Shown piece by piece: positions 1-8,892 of a stretch of DNA of 64,000 bases. Below the pieces are notes generated by a model. That model made no database searches, had not been told where the DNA came from, and worked only from the letters and a program-made list of their open reading frames with translations. The position numbers and the translations under genes were made by a program. This DNA is from an uncultured delta proteobacterium (GTDB taxonomy: Bacteria > Desulfobacterota > Syntrophia > Syntrophales > UBA5619): NCBI GenBank assembly GCA_963817385.1, contig CAWFOM010000010.1, positions 1 through 64,000 on the forward strand, read 5' to 3'. Within the stretch, counting starts at the first letter, position 1. Each line of letters opens with the position of its first letter.

Positions 1-230
1 ATTACCTGATATAGGCTGTTTGTAGTGATCCCTCGAGTTAATGCGATATCCTTGATTTCAGCCCATTCCGGTTGACTATGTACGATAGACTCGCGAAAGT
101 CTTCTTTGAATGATTGAACTTTATTTCTTTCTGCATGGTTCATGGACGATATGAAGGCACCAAGGATTCCAATGACGAATAAGATGCACATGATCGCTAA
201 AGAATATCCCAAGAATCCCCAATCCGGCAT
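1..230 (-). CDS. Hypothetical membrane-anchored protein, partial (runs off left edge)
   Basis: ATG at 230 on the minus strand gives MPDWGFLGYSLAIMCILFVIGILGAFISSMNHAERNKVQSFKEDFRESIVHSQPEWAEIKDIALTRG..., open to the window edge. It has an N-terminal hydrophobic helix and lies in AT-richer DNA. Confidence 0.55.
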   Translation of the reverse strand, partial: MPDWGFLGYSLAIMCILFVIGILGAFISSMNHAERNKVQSFKEDFRESIVHSQPEWAEIKDIALTRGITTNSLYQV

Positions 231-416
231 TTTTGCACTCACTTTCGTTAACAATTGATATCTTCGCGATTAACATGCTCCTTCTACGAGTTATGTCAAA
301 TACATATTTCAGAAAGGATGCGTTAAGGTAGGGCTGAAAATCATGTCGGGCAGTAAACGGGCAGGTAGTGATTTTTATCATTCATGATTACGGTACCTTA
401 CACCCTGGTAATGCAT

Positions 417-440
417 GTTCAAATCCTGCCGCCCCGACCA
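417..440 (+). mobile_element. tRNA 3'-end fragment (tRNA-Pro-like), probable att site at a genomic island boundary
   Basis: GTTCAAATCCTGCCGCCCCGACCA is a T-loop, acceptor 3' strand and CCA with no 5' tRNA half upstream. Base composition changes at this point. Confidence 0.75.
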
Positions 441-487
441 GTAATTCTTCGTCCCTCCGCTCTCTGCTCTATGCCCCGTGCCGATTA

Positions 488-1240
488 TCACTTATTTATC
501 ACCACTCCCTTTAAAACTTTCCGGGTTGGTTCCGAATACCATATCTCGATAAAGTCACGTATTGAGTCCTCTTCACTCCTGATGAAACGCTCTGCTGCCG
601 GTCTGCGCAGCAGGTTTTTCAAGGTTTTGAAGGCATCGGGATTTTTCTGCGAGAACTCAACCGCTATTTTTTTTGCCTCGGCCATAAGCGTCTCTTCCGA
701 TGTAACGCTGTCCACCAATCCGATGCGCTGTGCCTCTTCCGCCGTATACATGGTCCCCGTCAAAAGCACCTTCTCCGCGTTGCGCATGCCGACGGCAGAT
801 TGCAGCATTCCGACACACCCGGCAAAAATGGAAGCGCCGATATTCAGTTCGTTGAGGGCTATCTTGGCCTTGCCGGTGACCATGATGCGGAAGTCGCAGG
901 TTAGCGCGAGTATGCACCCGCCTGCCGTCGCATGCCCGTTAATCGCGCCGATTACCGGCTTTGGGAAAAGGAACATTTGCGTGTAGACGGCGCAGAATTT
1001 TTTCAGGTACCGGGTGAAATCGTTTTTTGAATAGTTTAAGAATTCCGGGATATCGAAGCCGAAGGAGAAGAATTTTCCGTCGCCGGTCAGTATGACGGCT
1101 TTTGTCTCTGCGTCTGCGGCAAGCTCATTAAAGACCGCGCCCAGTTCATCGACAAACGCCTCGTTGATGGCGTTTACCTTGCCCCTGCTCATCGTGACCG
1201 TTGCGATGCCGCTTTCCTTTGCAACTTTTATATGATCCAT
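488..1240 (-). CDS. Enoyl-CoA hydratase/isomerase (crotonase) family protein
   Basis: Crotonase motifs GKFFSFGFDI, PKPVIGAINGHATAGGCILALTCDFR and AEEAQRIGLVD. Confidence 0.9.
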   Translation of the reverse strand: MDHIKVAKESGIATVTMSRGKVNAINEAFVDELGAVFNELAADAETKAVILTGDGKFFSFGFDIPEFLNYSKNDFTRYLKKFCAVYTQMFLFPKPVIGAINGHATAGGCILALTCDFRIMVTGKAKIALNELNIGASIFAGCVGMLQSAVGMRNAEKVLLTGTMYTAEEAQRIGLVDSVTSEETLMAEAKKIAVEFSQKNPDAFKTLKNLLRRPAAERFIRSEEDSIRDFIEIWYSEPTRKVLKGVVINK

Positions 1241-1260
1241 AGTTCACTTCCTTATGATTG

Positions 1261-2062
1261 TCATGTCAGCCAGCGTTTCCGACGCTTGTAATGCTTCACT
1301 TCCCGATAACTCTTCTTGCCCACTTCCGTCAGGCCAAGGTAGAATTCCTTGATATCGGCATTTTCTGCGAGCTTGTCCGCCTGATCGTCCAGCACGATCC
1401 GGCCGTTCTCCATCACGTATCCGTGGTCGGCAATCGAAAGGGCGAGACGGGCATTCTGTTCGACCAGGACGATGGTTACCCCTTCATCCTTGTTGATCCG
1501 CTTGATGATCTCAAAGATTTCGGAAACCAAGAGCGGGGAAAGACCCATGGAGGGTTCGTCCAGGAGCATCAACCGGGGGGAGGCCATCAGCCCCCTCCCG
1601 ATGACGAGCATCTGCTGCTCGCCTCCGCTGATATAGCCCGCCAGCGTATGCCTGCGCTGAACCAGACGGGGGAAATAATGAAAGACCTTTTCCATGTCCT
1701 GTTTCATTTTCCGGGTGTTCCTGTTGGTATGCCCCCCGATGACCAGGTTTTCTTCCACCGTCAGATCGCCGAAGACGCGGCGCCCCTCCATCACCTGAAA
1801 GATGCCCATGCGGACGATCTTTTCCGGGGAGGTGCGGTCGATTCGTTGTCCCCTGAATTGGACGAAGCCGTCCGTCACCTTGCCGTTCTCCGAAGCGAGA
1901 AGCCCGGATATCGCCTTGAGCGTGGTCGTTTTACCGGCCCCGTTGTTTCCGAGGATGGTCACGATCTGTCCCTCGCTTGACCTGAAGGGACATCCCCTTC
2001 AGGACGAGGATGACATTGTGATAGATCACCTCGATGTTATTGACCAGCAGTAACGGCTCCAC
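1261..2062 (-). CDS. livF: Branched-chain amino acid-type ABC ATP-binding protein (LivF-like); apparent +1 frameshift near 1976
   Basis: Walker A GNNGAGKT, signature ISGGEQQM and LLDEP. The N-terminus MEPLLLVNNIEVIYHNVILVLKGMSLQV starts at GTG 2062 in another frame. Confidence 0.85.
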
Positions 2063-2067
2063 CGTGC

Positions 2068-2880
2068 CTATGCCCCCAGCCTCGAATACGTTAAATCGAC
2101 CTGACCCAGATAGGCCTTGATCACCTGTTCGTTTTGACGCACTTCGGCGGGCTCTCCTTCGGCGATCTTCTCGCCGAAGTCGAGCACGCAGACGCGGTCG
2201 GAGATGTCCATGACCACCCCCATGTCATGTTCGATCAGGATGATCGTCACCCCCCATTCCTCATTGATATCGAGAATAAAACGGGCGATATCCTCCGTCT
2301 CCTCCAGATTCATGCCCGTCGCCGGTTCGTCGAGCAGAAGGATCTTCGGCTTCATCGCCAGCGCGCGGGCCAACTCCACCCGTTTCTGAAGACCGAACGG
2401 AAGCGTATGGACGACGCTTTTCCGGATCTGTTCGATTTCCAGGAAGTCGACGATCTTCTCTTCGATCTCTTTTCTCAAGGCCATCTCCTCGCGGCGGGTC
2501 TTGCCGTAGTAGATGCCGCCGGAGAGGAATCCCGACCGGAGATGGACATGATGCCCGAGCTTGATGTTGTCGACGACCGTCATGTGTTTGAACAATTCCA
2601 CATTCTGAAAGGTTCGGGCAATCCCCAGTGCGGCCAACTGATGGGGCTTCAGCTTTAAAATGTTCTGCCCCTCAAAGATGATTTTCCCCTGATCCGGGGT
2701 ATAGAACCGGTTGATGCAGTTGAGAAGGCTGGTCTTGCCGGCGCCGTTCGGTCCGATGATCGAGAAGATCTCCCCTTTTTTGACGCTCGTACTCACCCCG
2801 GCCAGAACCTTCAGGCCGCCGAAACTCAGGTGGATGTCTTCCACTTGAAGCTGGATCTCTTCCGCCACGGGTTGCGTCAT
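2068..2880 (-). CDS. livG: Branched-chain amino acid-type ABC ATP-binding protein (LivG-like)
   Basis: GPNGAGKT, ARTFQNVELF, LPFGLQKRVELARALA, IEHDM and VIKAYLG. Confidence 0.9.
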   Translation of the reverse strand: MTQPVAEEIQLQVEDIHLSFGGLKVLAGVSTSVKKGEIFSIIGPNGAGKTSLLNCINRFYTPDQGKIIFEGQNILKLKPHQLAALGIARTFQNVELFKHMTVVDNIKLGHHVHLRSGFLSGGIYYGKTRREEMALRKEIEEKIVDFLEIEQIRKSVVHTLPFGLQKRVELARALAMKPKILLLDEPATGMNLEETEDIARFILDINEEWGVTIILIEHDMGVVMDISDRVCVLDFGEKIAEGEPAEVRQNEQVIKAYLGQVDLTYSRLGA

Positions 2881-2883
2881 CTT

Positions 2884-4782
2884 CTAACTCCCGACATGCT
2901 GCACCTTGACCATGGTCTTCATCTGAAACCCCTTGCCGTCCCGGTAGCGGATATTGGACTCCACTTCCAGTTCCTTCTCGTCTCCATAGAGGGCGTCGAT
3001 GAGATGCTTGTACTTTTCCGCCACAAATTTTCTTCTCACCTTTCTGGTCCGGGTGAGCTCCTCATCGTCGGCGTCCAGCTCTTTGTATAACAGCACAAAC
3101 CTCCTGACCTGGGCCACCCGGGGCAGGGTTGTATTGATCTTGGCCACCTCCTGTTCGATGAGTTCATAGACGCTCTCTTTCTGGGAGAGGTCCGCGAAGG
3201 TGGTATAGGGGATCTGATTGTTTTCCGCCCATTTGCCGACGTTGTTCATGTCGATGTTGATCATTCCGGTAATGAAGGGCTTGTCCTGACCGATCACCAG
3301 GGCGTCAATGATATAGGGGCTGAATTTCAGCTTGTTCTCGATCAACTGCGGAGAAAATTTGCCTCCATCCGCCAGCTTCATCACGTCCGACACCCGGTCG
3401 ATGATGACGACCTGGCCGTCTTCGTCGATGATCGCCGCGTCGCCGGTATGAAACCAGCCGTCCCGCAGCGCTTTCTGGGTTGCCTCCGGGTCCTTGTAAT
3501 AACCCTTGAAGTTCGTATCCCCCTTGACCATCAGCTCCCCATCGTCGGAGATCCTGGCCTCGATTCCGGGAAGGGGCTTGCCCACGGTGTCCAGGCGGAT
3601 GTCGTCGGTCCGGTGAATCAGCGTCCCCCCGGATAGCTCGGTCATGCCGTAGGCCTGTTTGATGTTGACGTCCAGGGCCTGGAACATCTGGAATATTTCC
3701 GGTCCGAGGGGAGCCCCTCCGGTGTAAACATGACGGACCCTGGCCAGTCCGAGGTAATTTTTCAGCGAGCGGAAAAGGAGCCAATACCCGATCCACTTGA
3801 ATAACCGCAAATGGACGGGGGGCGTTTTCTTGTTCAGCTTGAAACCGGTGGCCCGGTAACCGACGGACAAAAAGATTTTATAGACCAACCGCTTGATCCA
3901 TGCGGCGTCCTGTATTTTGACCTGGATGTCGGAACACATCTTTTCCCAGATCCGGGGAGGCGCCAGCATCAGATCGGGACCGATCTCCCGTATGTTCTGC
4001 TGGGTGGTTCCCACCTTTTCCGGAAAATTGACCGTGAAGGCCTTCGTCAGGCTCCAATACAAGGCAAAGTGTTGTTCCCCGATCCAGGAAAGCGGGAGAA
4101 AGGAGACGTAATTGTCCGTTTCCCTGGCTTCATCGACCTCATCCAGGAATCGGCCGATGCTGGTCATGTTCCTGTGGGTAATCATGCTTCCCTTGGGCAG
4201 GCCGGTCGTTCCCGAGGTGTAAATGATTAAACCCACATCATCCGGGGAGAGTTGATCGATCATCTCATCGAAAAAAAGCGGATTCTGATCCGCCAGCGCA
4301 CGACCTGTTTGTTGTACATCCTTCAGGAAAGACAGAATGGGGTCGTCATATCTTCTCATCCCCTTGGGATCATCCACGATCGCTTTTTTGATTTTCGGAC
4401 ATTTGTCTTTGATGGTCAGGATCTTATCGGCTTGCTCCTGATCTCCCACCATCACGAAGGTTGAATCGGAATGGTTGATGTTGTATTCGACCTGGTCCAG
4501 ATGGCTGTCCGGATAGATCCCGACAACGGCCCCACCCAGAGACTGCGCGGCGAGTTCCGAATAGAACCATTCAGGCCGGTTATCGCCGATCACCGAGAGC
4601 TTGTCCCCCTTCCGGAATCCGAGCTGGTGGAGACCCAGCGCCAGGCACTTCACATTTTCGTAATAATCCTTCCAGGTCATCGACTGCCAGATTCCGAACT
4701 CCTTCTCGCGGAGGGCAACCCTCTTCTCCCCAAACCGGAGGGCATTTCTTCTCAATAATCCCGGGAGTGTTGAAATGTCCAC
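2884..4782 (-). CDS. Long-chain fatty acid-CoA ligase family AMP-binding protein
   Basis: YTSGTTGLPKG AMP-binding motif, YGMTE, GWFHTGD and C-terminal ELTRTRKVRR. Confidence 0.9.
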   Translation of the reverse strand: MDISTLPGLLRRNALRFGEKRVALREKEFGIWQSMTWKDYYENVKCLALGLHQLGFRKGDKLSVIGDNRPEWFYSELAAQSLGGAVVGIYPDSHLDQVEYNINHSDSTFVMVGDQEQADKILTIKDKCPKIKKAIVDDPKGMRRYDDPILSFLKDVQQTGRALADQNPLFFDEMIDQLSPDDVGLIIYTSGTTGLPKGSMITHRNMTSIGRFLDEVDEARETDNYVSFLPLSWIGEQHFALYWSLTKAFTVNFPEKVGTTQQNIREIGPDLMLAPPRIWEKMCSDIQVKIQDAAWIKRLVYKIFLSVGYRATGFKLNKKTPPVHLRLFKWIGYWLLFRSLKNYLGLARVRHVYTGGAPLGPEIFQMFQALDVNIKQAYGMTELSGGTLIHRTDDIRLDTVGKPLPGIEARISDDGELMVKGDTNFKGYYKDPEATQKALRDGWFHTGDAAIIDEDGQVVIIDRVSDVMKLADGGKFSPQLIENKLKFSPYIIDALVIGQDKPFITGMINIDMNNVGKWAENNQIPYTTFADLSQKESVYELIEQEVAKINTTLPRVAQVRRFVLLYKELDADDEELTRTRKVRRKFVAEKYKHLIDALYGDEKELEVESNIRYRDGKGFQMKTMVKVQHVGS

Positions 4783-4799
4783 GCTCTATTTCCTGTCAT

Positions 4800-4957
4800 T
4801 TTTTCCTCTTCCCGCCGTCAGCCCGCTGCCGGACGGCGGAAAAGGGGAAAAATTGTGATTGCAACTTTTGCGAAATTTGAAAATCATATCCCGGAAGCGC
4901 ACATCGGAGATTTTTCGGTCGAAAAATGTACAGTGCGCAGAGGGATATGATTTTCAA
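4800..4957. repeat. Two adjacent long intergenic stem-loops
   Basis: An imperfect inverted repeat at about 4800-4852. A second structure at 4877-4957 has a perfect 16-bp outer stem TTGAAAATCATATCCC/GGGATATGATTTTCAA plus inner GCGCAC/GTGCGC and ATTTTTCG/CGAAAAAT pairs. Confidence 0.7.
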
Positions 4958-4966
4958 TAACCTCGA

Positions 4967-6133
4967 TCAATCCATGCGAATCCAATCGGAGATCGGATCA
5001 AATTTCATCGTACTTGCATTGCCGCGGTAGACCCTTCCTACCGGAATGCTGTTGTCTTTGATGGTCACCGGCGGCATCAGCCCGCCGACGTCATAATTCT
5101 TGATCGATTGGAATGCCTTGACCATGTTGTCTGCCGTAATGCCGCCTTTCATTTTGTCGGCTCGTTTGAAGCTCTCCACAAAAAGAAGGGTGGTCATATA
5201 GTTCTGCATATAGGATTGGGAACGATACTCAATCGTGGGGTATTTCTTTTTTGTCCATTCCTTGATCTTCTTCATCATCGGGAGGTCATCCTGGTAAAAG
5301 AAGGAGTAGGCGGAAACCCCGACATACTCGCCGGCCAGAGGCCCCAACTCATTTAAGAGCTGTTTTTCCGTCGACCAGAAGGTCCCCATAAACTTGGCGT
5401 TCAGGCCATAATCCTTGCTCTGCTTGATCACCGCCGCAATCGGATTGCTGACGAATCCCTGGAAGATGCAGTAATCCACCTTCTTGGACTTCATATCGAG
5501 GATTTGTGTCGTGAGATCGACCCCGCCCACCTGGGAAACCTCTTCGGCTACCACGTTCAGCCCCATTTTCTTGCACATCTCCTTGCCCGCGGGAATGGGC
5601 TCCCTGCCGAATTCCGTGTCGCTGTAGAAGAACGCGATGTTGGCGCCGGGTTTTTCTTTGGCAATGTATTTCAGAAGAACGCCGAACTGCTCGGCGTACG
5701 TGGGGGCGGCGATGAACAGATAGGGATTTTCTTTTGGATTGGCCGCCTCACTGGTCATGGTGTACGCGGAGTAGAGAACCTTATACCGGCTCTTGATCTC
5801 GGGACCCAGGGCCTTGGTCATGCCGGTGCTCTGTCCGAACATCACCTGCGGGGTATACTGGGCATAGAGGCGCTTGAAGGCGGCAATCCCGACATCGTCT
5901 TTATATTCACCGTCCGCCCAATAGTATTGTATCTTTTTCCCGTTGATGCCACCTGCTTCATTGGTCATGTCAACGACATCCTGCATGGCGGCGCTCCCTT
6001 CGATTCCCGCAAAGGCAAAGCGGCCCGTAAAGGGGTGAACTGCGCAGATTGTCGGCAGTTTCTGGGCGATGGCGATGCTGAACGGCCCAAGCGACAAGAT
6101 AAGACTGAGGATACAAAAAATAATTTTCTTCAT
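4967..6133 (-). CDS. ABC transporter periplasmic substrate-binding protein (LivK/Peripla_BP_6-like)
   Basis: Signal peptide MKKIIFCILSLILSLG from ATG 6133 with a GGAGG RBS; NEAGGINGKKI and YSDTEFGREPI motifs. Confidence 0.85.
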   Translation of the reverse strand: MKKIIFCILSLILSLGPFSIAIAQKLPTICAVHPFTGRFAFAGIEGSAAMQDVVDMTNEAGGINGKKIQYYWADGEYKDDVGIAAFKRLYAQYTPQVMFGQSTGMTKALGPEIKSRYKVLYSAYTMTSEAANPKENPYLFIAAPTYAEQFGVLLKYIAKEKPGANIAFFYSDTEFGREPIPAGKEMCKKMGLNVVAEEVSQVGGVDLTTQILDMKSKKVDYCIFQGFVSNPIAAVIKQSKDYGLNAKFMGTFWSTEKQLLNELGPLAGEYVGVSAYSFFYQDDLPMMKKIKEWTKKKYPTIEYRSQSYMQNYMTTLLFVESFKRADKMKGGITADNMVKAFQSIKNYDVGGLMPPVTIKDNSIPVGRVYRGNASTMKFDPISDWIRMD

Positions 6134-6222
6134 GATCGGCTCCCTCCTAAAATAAAGAAACGTTGATGCGATATGGATTTCCCAAGAATGAGTGGAAATC
6201 ACCTCCTTTTCCGAAGTGACCC

Positions 6223-7266
6223 TCAATAGGAAAAAGGCCACAGGGTGAAGAACTTTTTCATGCGGCTCCAGATTTCAGCCAGCCCCCGGGGTTCAAAAAT
6301 GAGGAAGCCGACAATCAGGGATCCGAAGACAACCTGTTTGAAGGGAATGATCATTTTCGCCATTCCCGGCGCATAGGATTTGACCATATCGGACAGGACA
6401 TTCAGAATTTCGGGAATCAAGGTCATGAAAACGGCGCCGAAAATGGAGCCGATCACGCTTCCCAACCCTCCGACGATCACCATGGCGAGATACTGGATGC
6501 AGAGCATGAAGGGGAAATGTTCCGGGGTCACGACCTTTAAAAAACTGACCCACAAAGCCCCTGCAACGCCCGCGTAAAAGGAGCTGATTGCAAAGGCGCT
6601 CAATTTGTAGCGGAAGAGGTTGATTCCCATGATCTCGGCGGCAAGATCCCGATCGCGGATGGCCACAAAGGCCCGTCCCATTTTGGAACGAACCAGATTC
6701 CGGGCATAGCCCACGCCCAGGATGACGAAGAGAAGGGTGATCCAGTAGAAACTTTTTTCGGTATCGAATTGAAAACTGCCGATCGCCGGCGGCGGGATAT
6801 GGATCCCGGTGATCCCCTTGGTCATCGATTCCCAGTGGACAAAGGTGAATCCAAAAATAAACTGGGCCGCCAGGGTTGCGATGCAAAGATACAGCCCTTT
6901 GACCCGCAGGGAGGGGATGCCGATTACCATGCCGGCCAGTGCGGAAACCAGACCGGACAACGGGATGGATAACCAGAACGAGATCCCGTAGCGCGTCACC
7001 AGGATGGCCGATGTGTAGGCGCCGACGCCGATGAAGGCGGCATGACCGAGGGAGATCTGTCCGGTAAATCCCGTCAACAGGTTCAGACCGACCGCCCCGA
7101 TCACTGCGAAACCGATCATGTTGGCGATGTAAAGCAGGTGGGCATTGGCAATGAAGGGAAAGGTGGCCAGGAAAATCAAGAAGAGGACTAGCCAGAATTT
7201 GACGAAACAGGAAGGGAAGATCGCTTCATCTTCTATGTAATTTTCTTTGAAATCGCCACAGCGCAT
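6223..7266 (-). CDS. livM: Branched-chain amino acid-type ABC permease (LivM-like)
   Basis: GLNLLTGFTGQISLGHAAF, GRAFVAIRDRDLAAEIMGI and VGGLGS. Confidence 0.9.
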   Translation of the reverse strand: MRCGDFKENYIEDEAIFPSCFVKFWLVLFLIFLATFPFIANAHLLYIANMIGFAVIGAVGLNLLTGFTGQISLGHAAFIGVGAYTSAILVTRYGISFWLSIPLSGLVSALAGMVIGIPSLRVKGLYLCIATLAAQFIFGFTFVHWESMTKGITGIHIPPPAIGSFQFDTEKSFYWITLLFVILGVGYARNLVRSKMGRAFVAIRDRDLAAEIMGINLFRYKLSAFAISSFYAGVAGALWVSFLKVVTPEHFPFMLCIQYLAMVIVGGLGSVIGSIFGAVFMTLIPEILNVLSDMVKSYAPGMAKMIIPFKQVVFGSLIVGFLIFEPRGLAEIWSRMKKFFTLWPFSY

Positions 7267-7302
7267 TAGGCATCAACCCGTTTCATCGTTGGTAACGGCG
7301 AC

Positions 7303-8193
7303 CTAAACCCTTTCGATGGTGACTTTGCCGAATAGCCCGTAAGGCCGAATCATGATGATGAGCAGGATAATAAAAAACGGGGCCACCTCTTTCGCTCCCC
7401 CGCCGATGAGCGGGTCGATGTACAACCCCGCCAAATTTTGCAATATGCCGACAATAAACCCACCCAGGATCGCTCCTCCTATGCTGTCCAACCCCCCCAG
7501 GATGATGACGGACAACGCGGCGAGGCCGATATCTCCCATGTAGATGTCGATGCCGCTGATATTGCCGATTACAATCCCGCCGATGACGGCGGCAATGGCG
7601 CCAAAACTCCAGGAAAGAGCGAAGATGCCCCTCACGCTGACGCCCATGGATAGTGCAGCCTGCTGGTCATTGGCGGTGGCCCGCATGGCCACACCGGTAC
7701 GGGAGAATTTGAAGATCACGATGAAGACAACGGTCGTAATCAGCGCAAAAATGAATCCCCAAAGGAGTCCCGAAGGAATCACCGCGAAACCGAGGTTCAG
7801 GGGTTTGGGTGGAAATATGGGTGGGAACGTCCGGTACGTGGGATCCCAGATCATATACATGAGGCCCCTCAGGATTGCGCCCAAGCCGATGGTCACCATG
7901 ATGACCGAGATGACCGGCTCTCCGATCATAGGCCGTAAAATGAGAGGTTCGATAACGATCCCGAGAATGACGGCAAAGACAATCGTGATGCAAAAAGCGA
8001 TATAAAAAGGGACATGAATCATGGTTAAGGAGGTGAAGCAGATGAAGGCGCCCAGGGTCATGAACTCACCCATGGCCAGGTTGAGAACACTGGTGGCCTT
8101 ATAAATGAGAACAAATCCAAGGGCGATCAGGCCATAAACACCGCCGGTGGCCACTCCCGCAACGACGACTTGAATTAAAATAGAATAATCCAT
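7303..8193 (-). CDS. livH: Branched-chain amino acid-type ABC permease (LivH-like)
   Basis: YGLIALGFVLIYKATSVLNLAMGE, GVAMRATANDQQAALSMGV and RPYGLFG. Confidence 0.9.
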   Translation of the reverse strand: MDYSILIQVVVAGVATGGVYGLIALGFVLIYKATSVLNLAMGEFMTLGAFICFTSLTMIHVPFYIAFCITIVFAVILGIVIEPLILRPMIGEPVISVIMVTIGLGAILRGLMYMIWDPTYRTFPPIFPPKPLNLGFAVIPSGLLWGFIFALITTVVFIVIFKFSRTGVAMRATANDQQAALSMGVSVRGIFALSWSFGAIAAVIGGIVIGNISGIDIYMGDIGLAALSVIILGGLDSIGGAILGGFIVGILQNLAGLYIDPLIGGGAKEVAPFFIILLIIMIRPYGLFGKVTIERV

Positions 8194-8360
8194 GGAGTAT
8201 TTCTGCCTGACCTTGTCACATTGAGCCGATCAATCCCCACAGGTATGCGGAAGACGCCATCATATCGTGTTTCTTATAATGGTCAATTCTTACGTGTCAA
8301 GATAAATTGCGAAAAATCTTTTGAGCAATAACAATAACTTGTTTGTGACAGGGAATGGTG

Positions 8361-8792
8361 CTAACCGAAGAGCTTGTGAAAAAGCCCCCCGTTGATTTTA
8401 TGGCTTTTTAAAAACCGGTGAATCTGGTCTTTACCCGTTGCGTTGATCTCTAAAAATTCAATGCCTATCTGATACAGAAATTCGGTCTTATTGCGCGCAA
8501 CGTCATACCAGCGGACCTCCCCGACAGCGGTAAATGGCGGCTCTCCCGGAATGAGCTCGATGGTCATGTGCAAGCGGTTATCACGCGCACAGGGAGCTCC
8601 TGAAAGCAGGTGGACTCCTTCAATCTCCAGGGATTTTGTTTCGAGGCATATCCCGGCTTTCGAAATATTGCGGCTTTCAATATGCAGCGGGGGGAGGCCT
8701 CTGGGCGTTTCATCGACCGTTACTATCTCGGCAGTGACTTCTATCGGGAATTCAAGACGGTGAAATCTTCTCTTTTCTAATCCGTTCGTCAT
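8361..8792 (-). CDS. PilZ domain protein (c-di-GMP receptor)
   Basis: RxxxR (RRFHR) and NxSxxG (NISKAG) motifs, GEVRW, IGIEF. Confidence 0.85.
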   Translation of the reverse strand: MTNGLEKRRFHRLEFPIEVTAEIVTVDETPRGLPPLHIESRNISKAGICLETKSLEIEGVHLLSGAPCARDNRLHMTIELIPGEPPFTAVGEVRWYDVARNKTEFLYQIGIEFLEINATGKDQIHRFLKSHKINGGLFHKLFG

Positions 8793-8892
8793 GGCTCCCT
8801 CTCGTTTTTTGATGACCCTCTACAGGGTGGGAGGTTCATCAGTTGACGGGTATGTTCCGCTTGCCGTTTCCCTGTCCGCGGGGTTTCATGAT

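Noticed and set aside
121..381. 86-aa ORF in the track
   Set aside because: It overlaps a more protein-like ORF starting at 230 in another frame and has no motifs.
8793..8892. c-di-GMP riboswitch upstream of the PilZ gene
   Set aside because: A hairpin is present, but the GEMM consensus (GGCAAAC...GAAA...GACGCAAAG) is not.
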